Part shown: one piece after another, positions 63,761 to 64,000 of the stretch
Layout of the letters: each line of letters opens with the position of its first letter
Position numbering within the stretch: the stretch's first letter is position 1
Assembly (NCBI RefSeq): GCF_036321535.1
Contig: NC_087436.1
Location: 26,724,001 to 26,788,000, forward strand
Origin: Camelus dromedarius
Lineage: Eukaryota
Reading direction: 5' to 3'
Length of the DNA stretch: 64,000 bases
The notes under the pieces: generated by a model
Seen by the model: the letters and a program-made list of their open reading frames with translations, nothing else
Databases searched by the model: none
What the model was told of the DNA's origin: nothing
Position numbers and translations under genes: made by a program

Positions 63761-64000
63761 GAGGCATACCTCAGAGAAATTGCAAGTTCAGTTCCAGACT
63801 ACAATAAAGCAAATATTGCAATAACGTGAGTCACACAAACTTTTTGGTTTCCCAGTGCATATAAAAATTATATTTACATTACACTATTGTCTCTTAGGTG
63901 TGCAAAAGCATTGTGTCTAAAAAAATATATATGTACCTAAATTTAAAACACTTTATCACTACAAAGTGCTAACCATAAGCTGAGTCTTCAGCAAGTCAAT
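63761..64000 (-). mobile_element. Tigger1 (TcMar-Tigger) terminal region, running off the window
   Basis: TA followed by 'gaggcatacctcagagaaattgcaagttcagttccagac...gagtcacacaaacttttttggtttcccagtgcatataaaa', matching the recalled Tigger1 terminus. Confidence 0.9.

Overview
AT-rich, CpG-poor placental-mammal genomic DNA, intergenic or deep-intronic. The young L1 3' UTRs and the absence of Alu, B1, Bov-A/tA, PRE-1 or CAN SINEs suggest a cetartiodactyl, probably a camelid (inference). I cannot support any protein-coding gene: the ORF track is mostly L1/ERV debris and chance frames. Roughly half the window is transposon-derived: young and old L1s, L2, MIR, an internally deleted ERV-L provirus with MLT2-type LTRs (18.6-22.4 kb), a second class-III ERV pol remnant (38.6-39.5 kb), several solo LTRs, and hAT/Tigger DNA transposons. 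The standout feature is a ~1.08-kb 5'-truncated L1 at ~51963-53042 with dense, strand-specific A-to-G substitutions relative to same-family copies elsewhere in this window. The substitutions show an ADAR-like neighbour preference, secondary CpG decay and G runs in the poly(A) tail, as expected for a genomic fossil of an A-to-I hyper-edited L1 RNA that was reverse-transcribed and integrated. Secondary findings: two short orphan ERV fragments sitting next to their apparent parent elements, a micro 3' transduction, candidate non-coding exons and candidate conserved non-coding elements. All repeat family names are from recall, and repeat boundaries are approximate.
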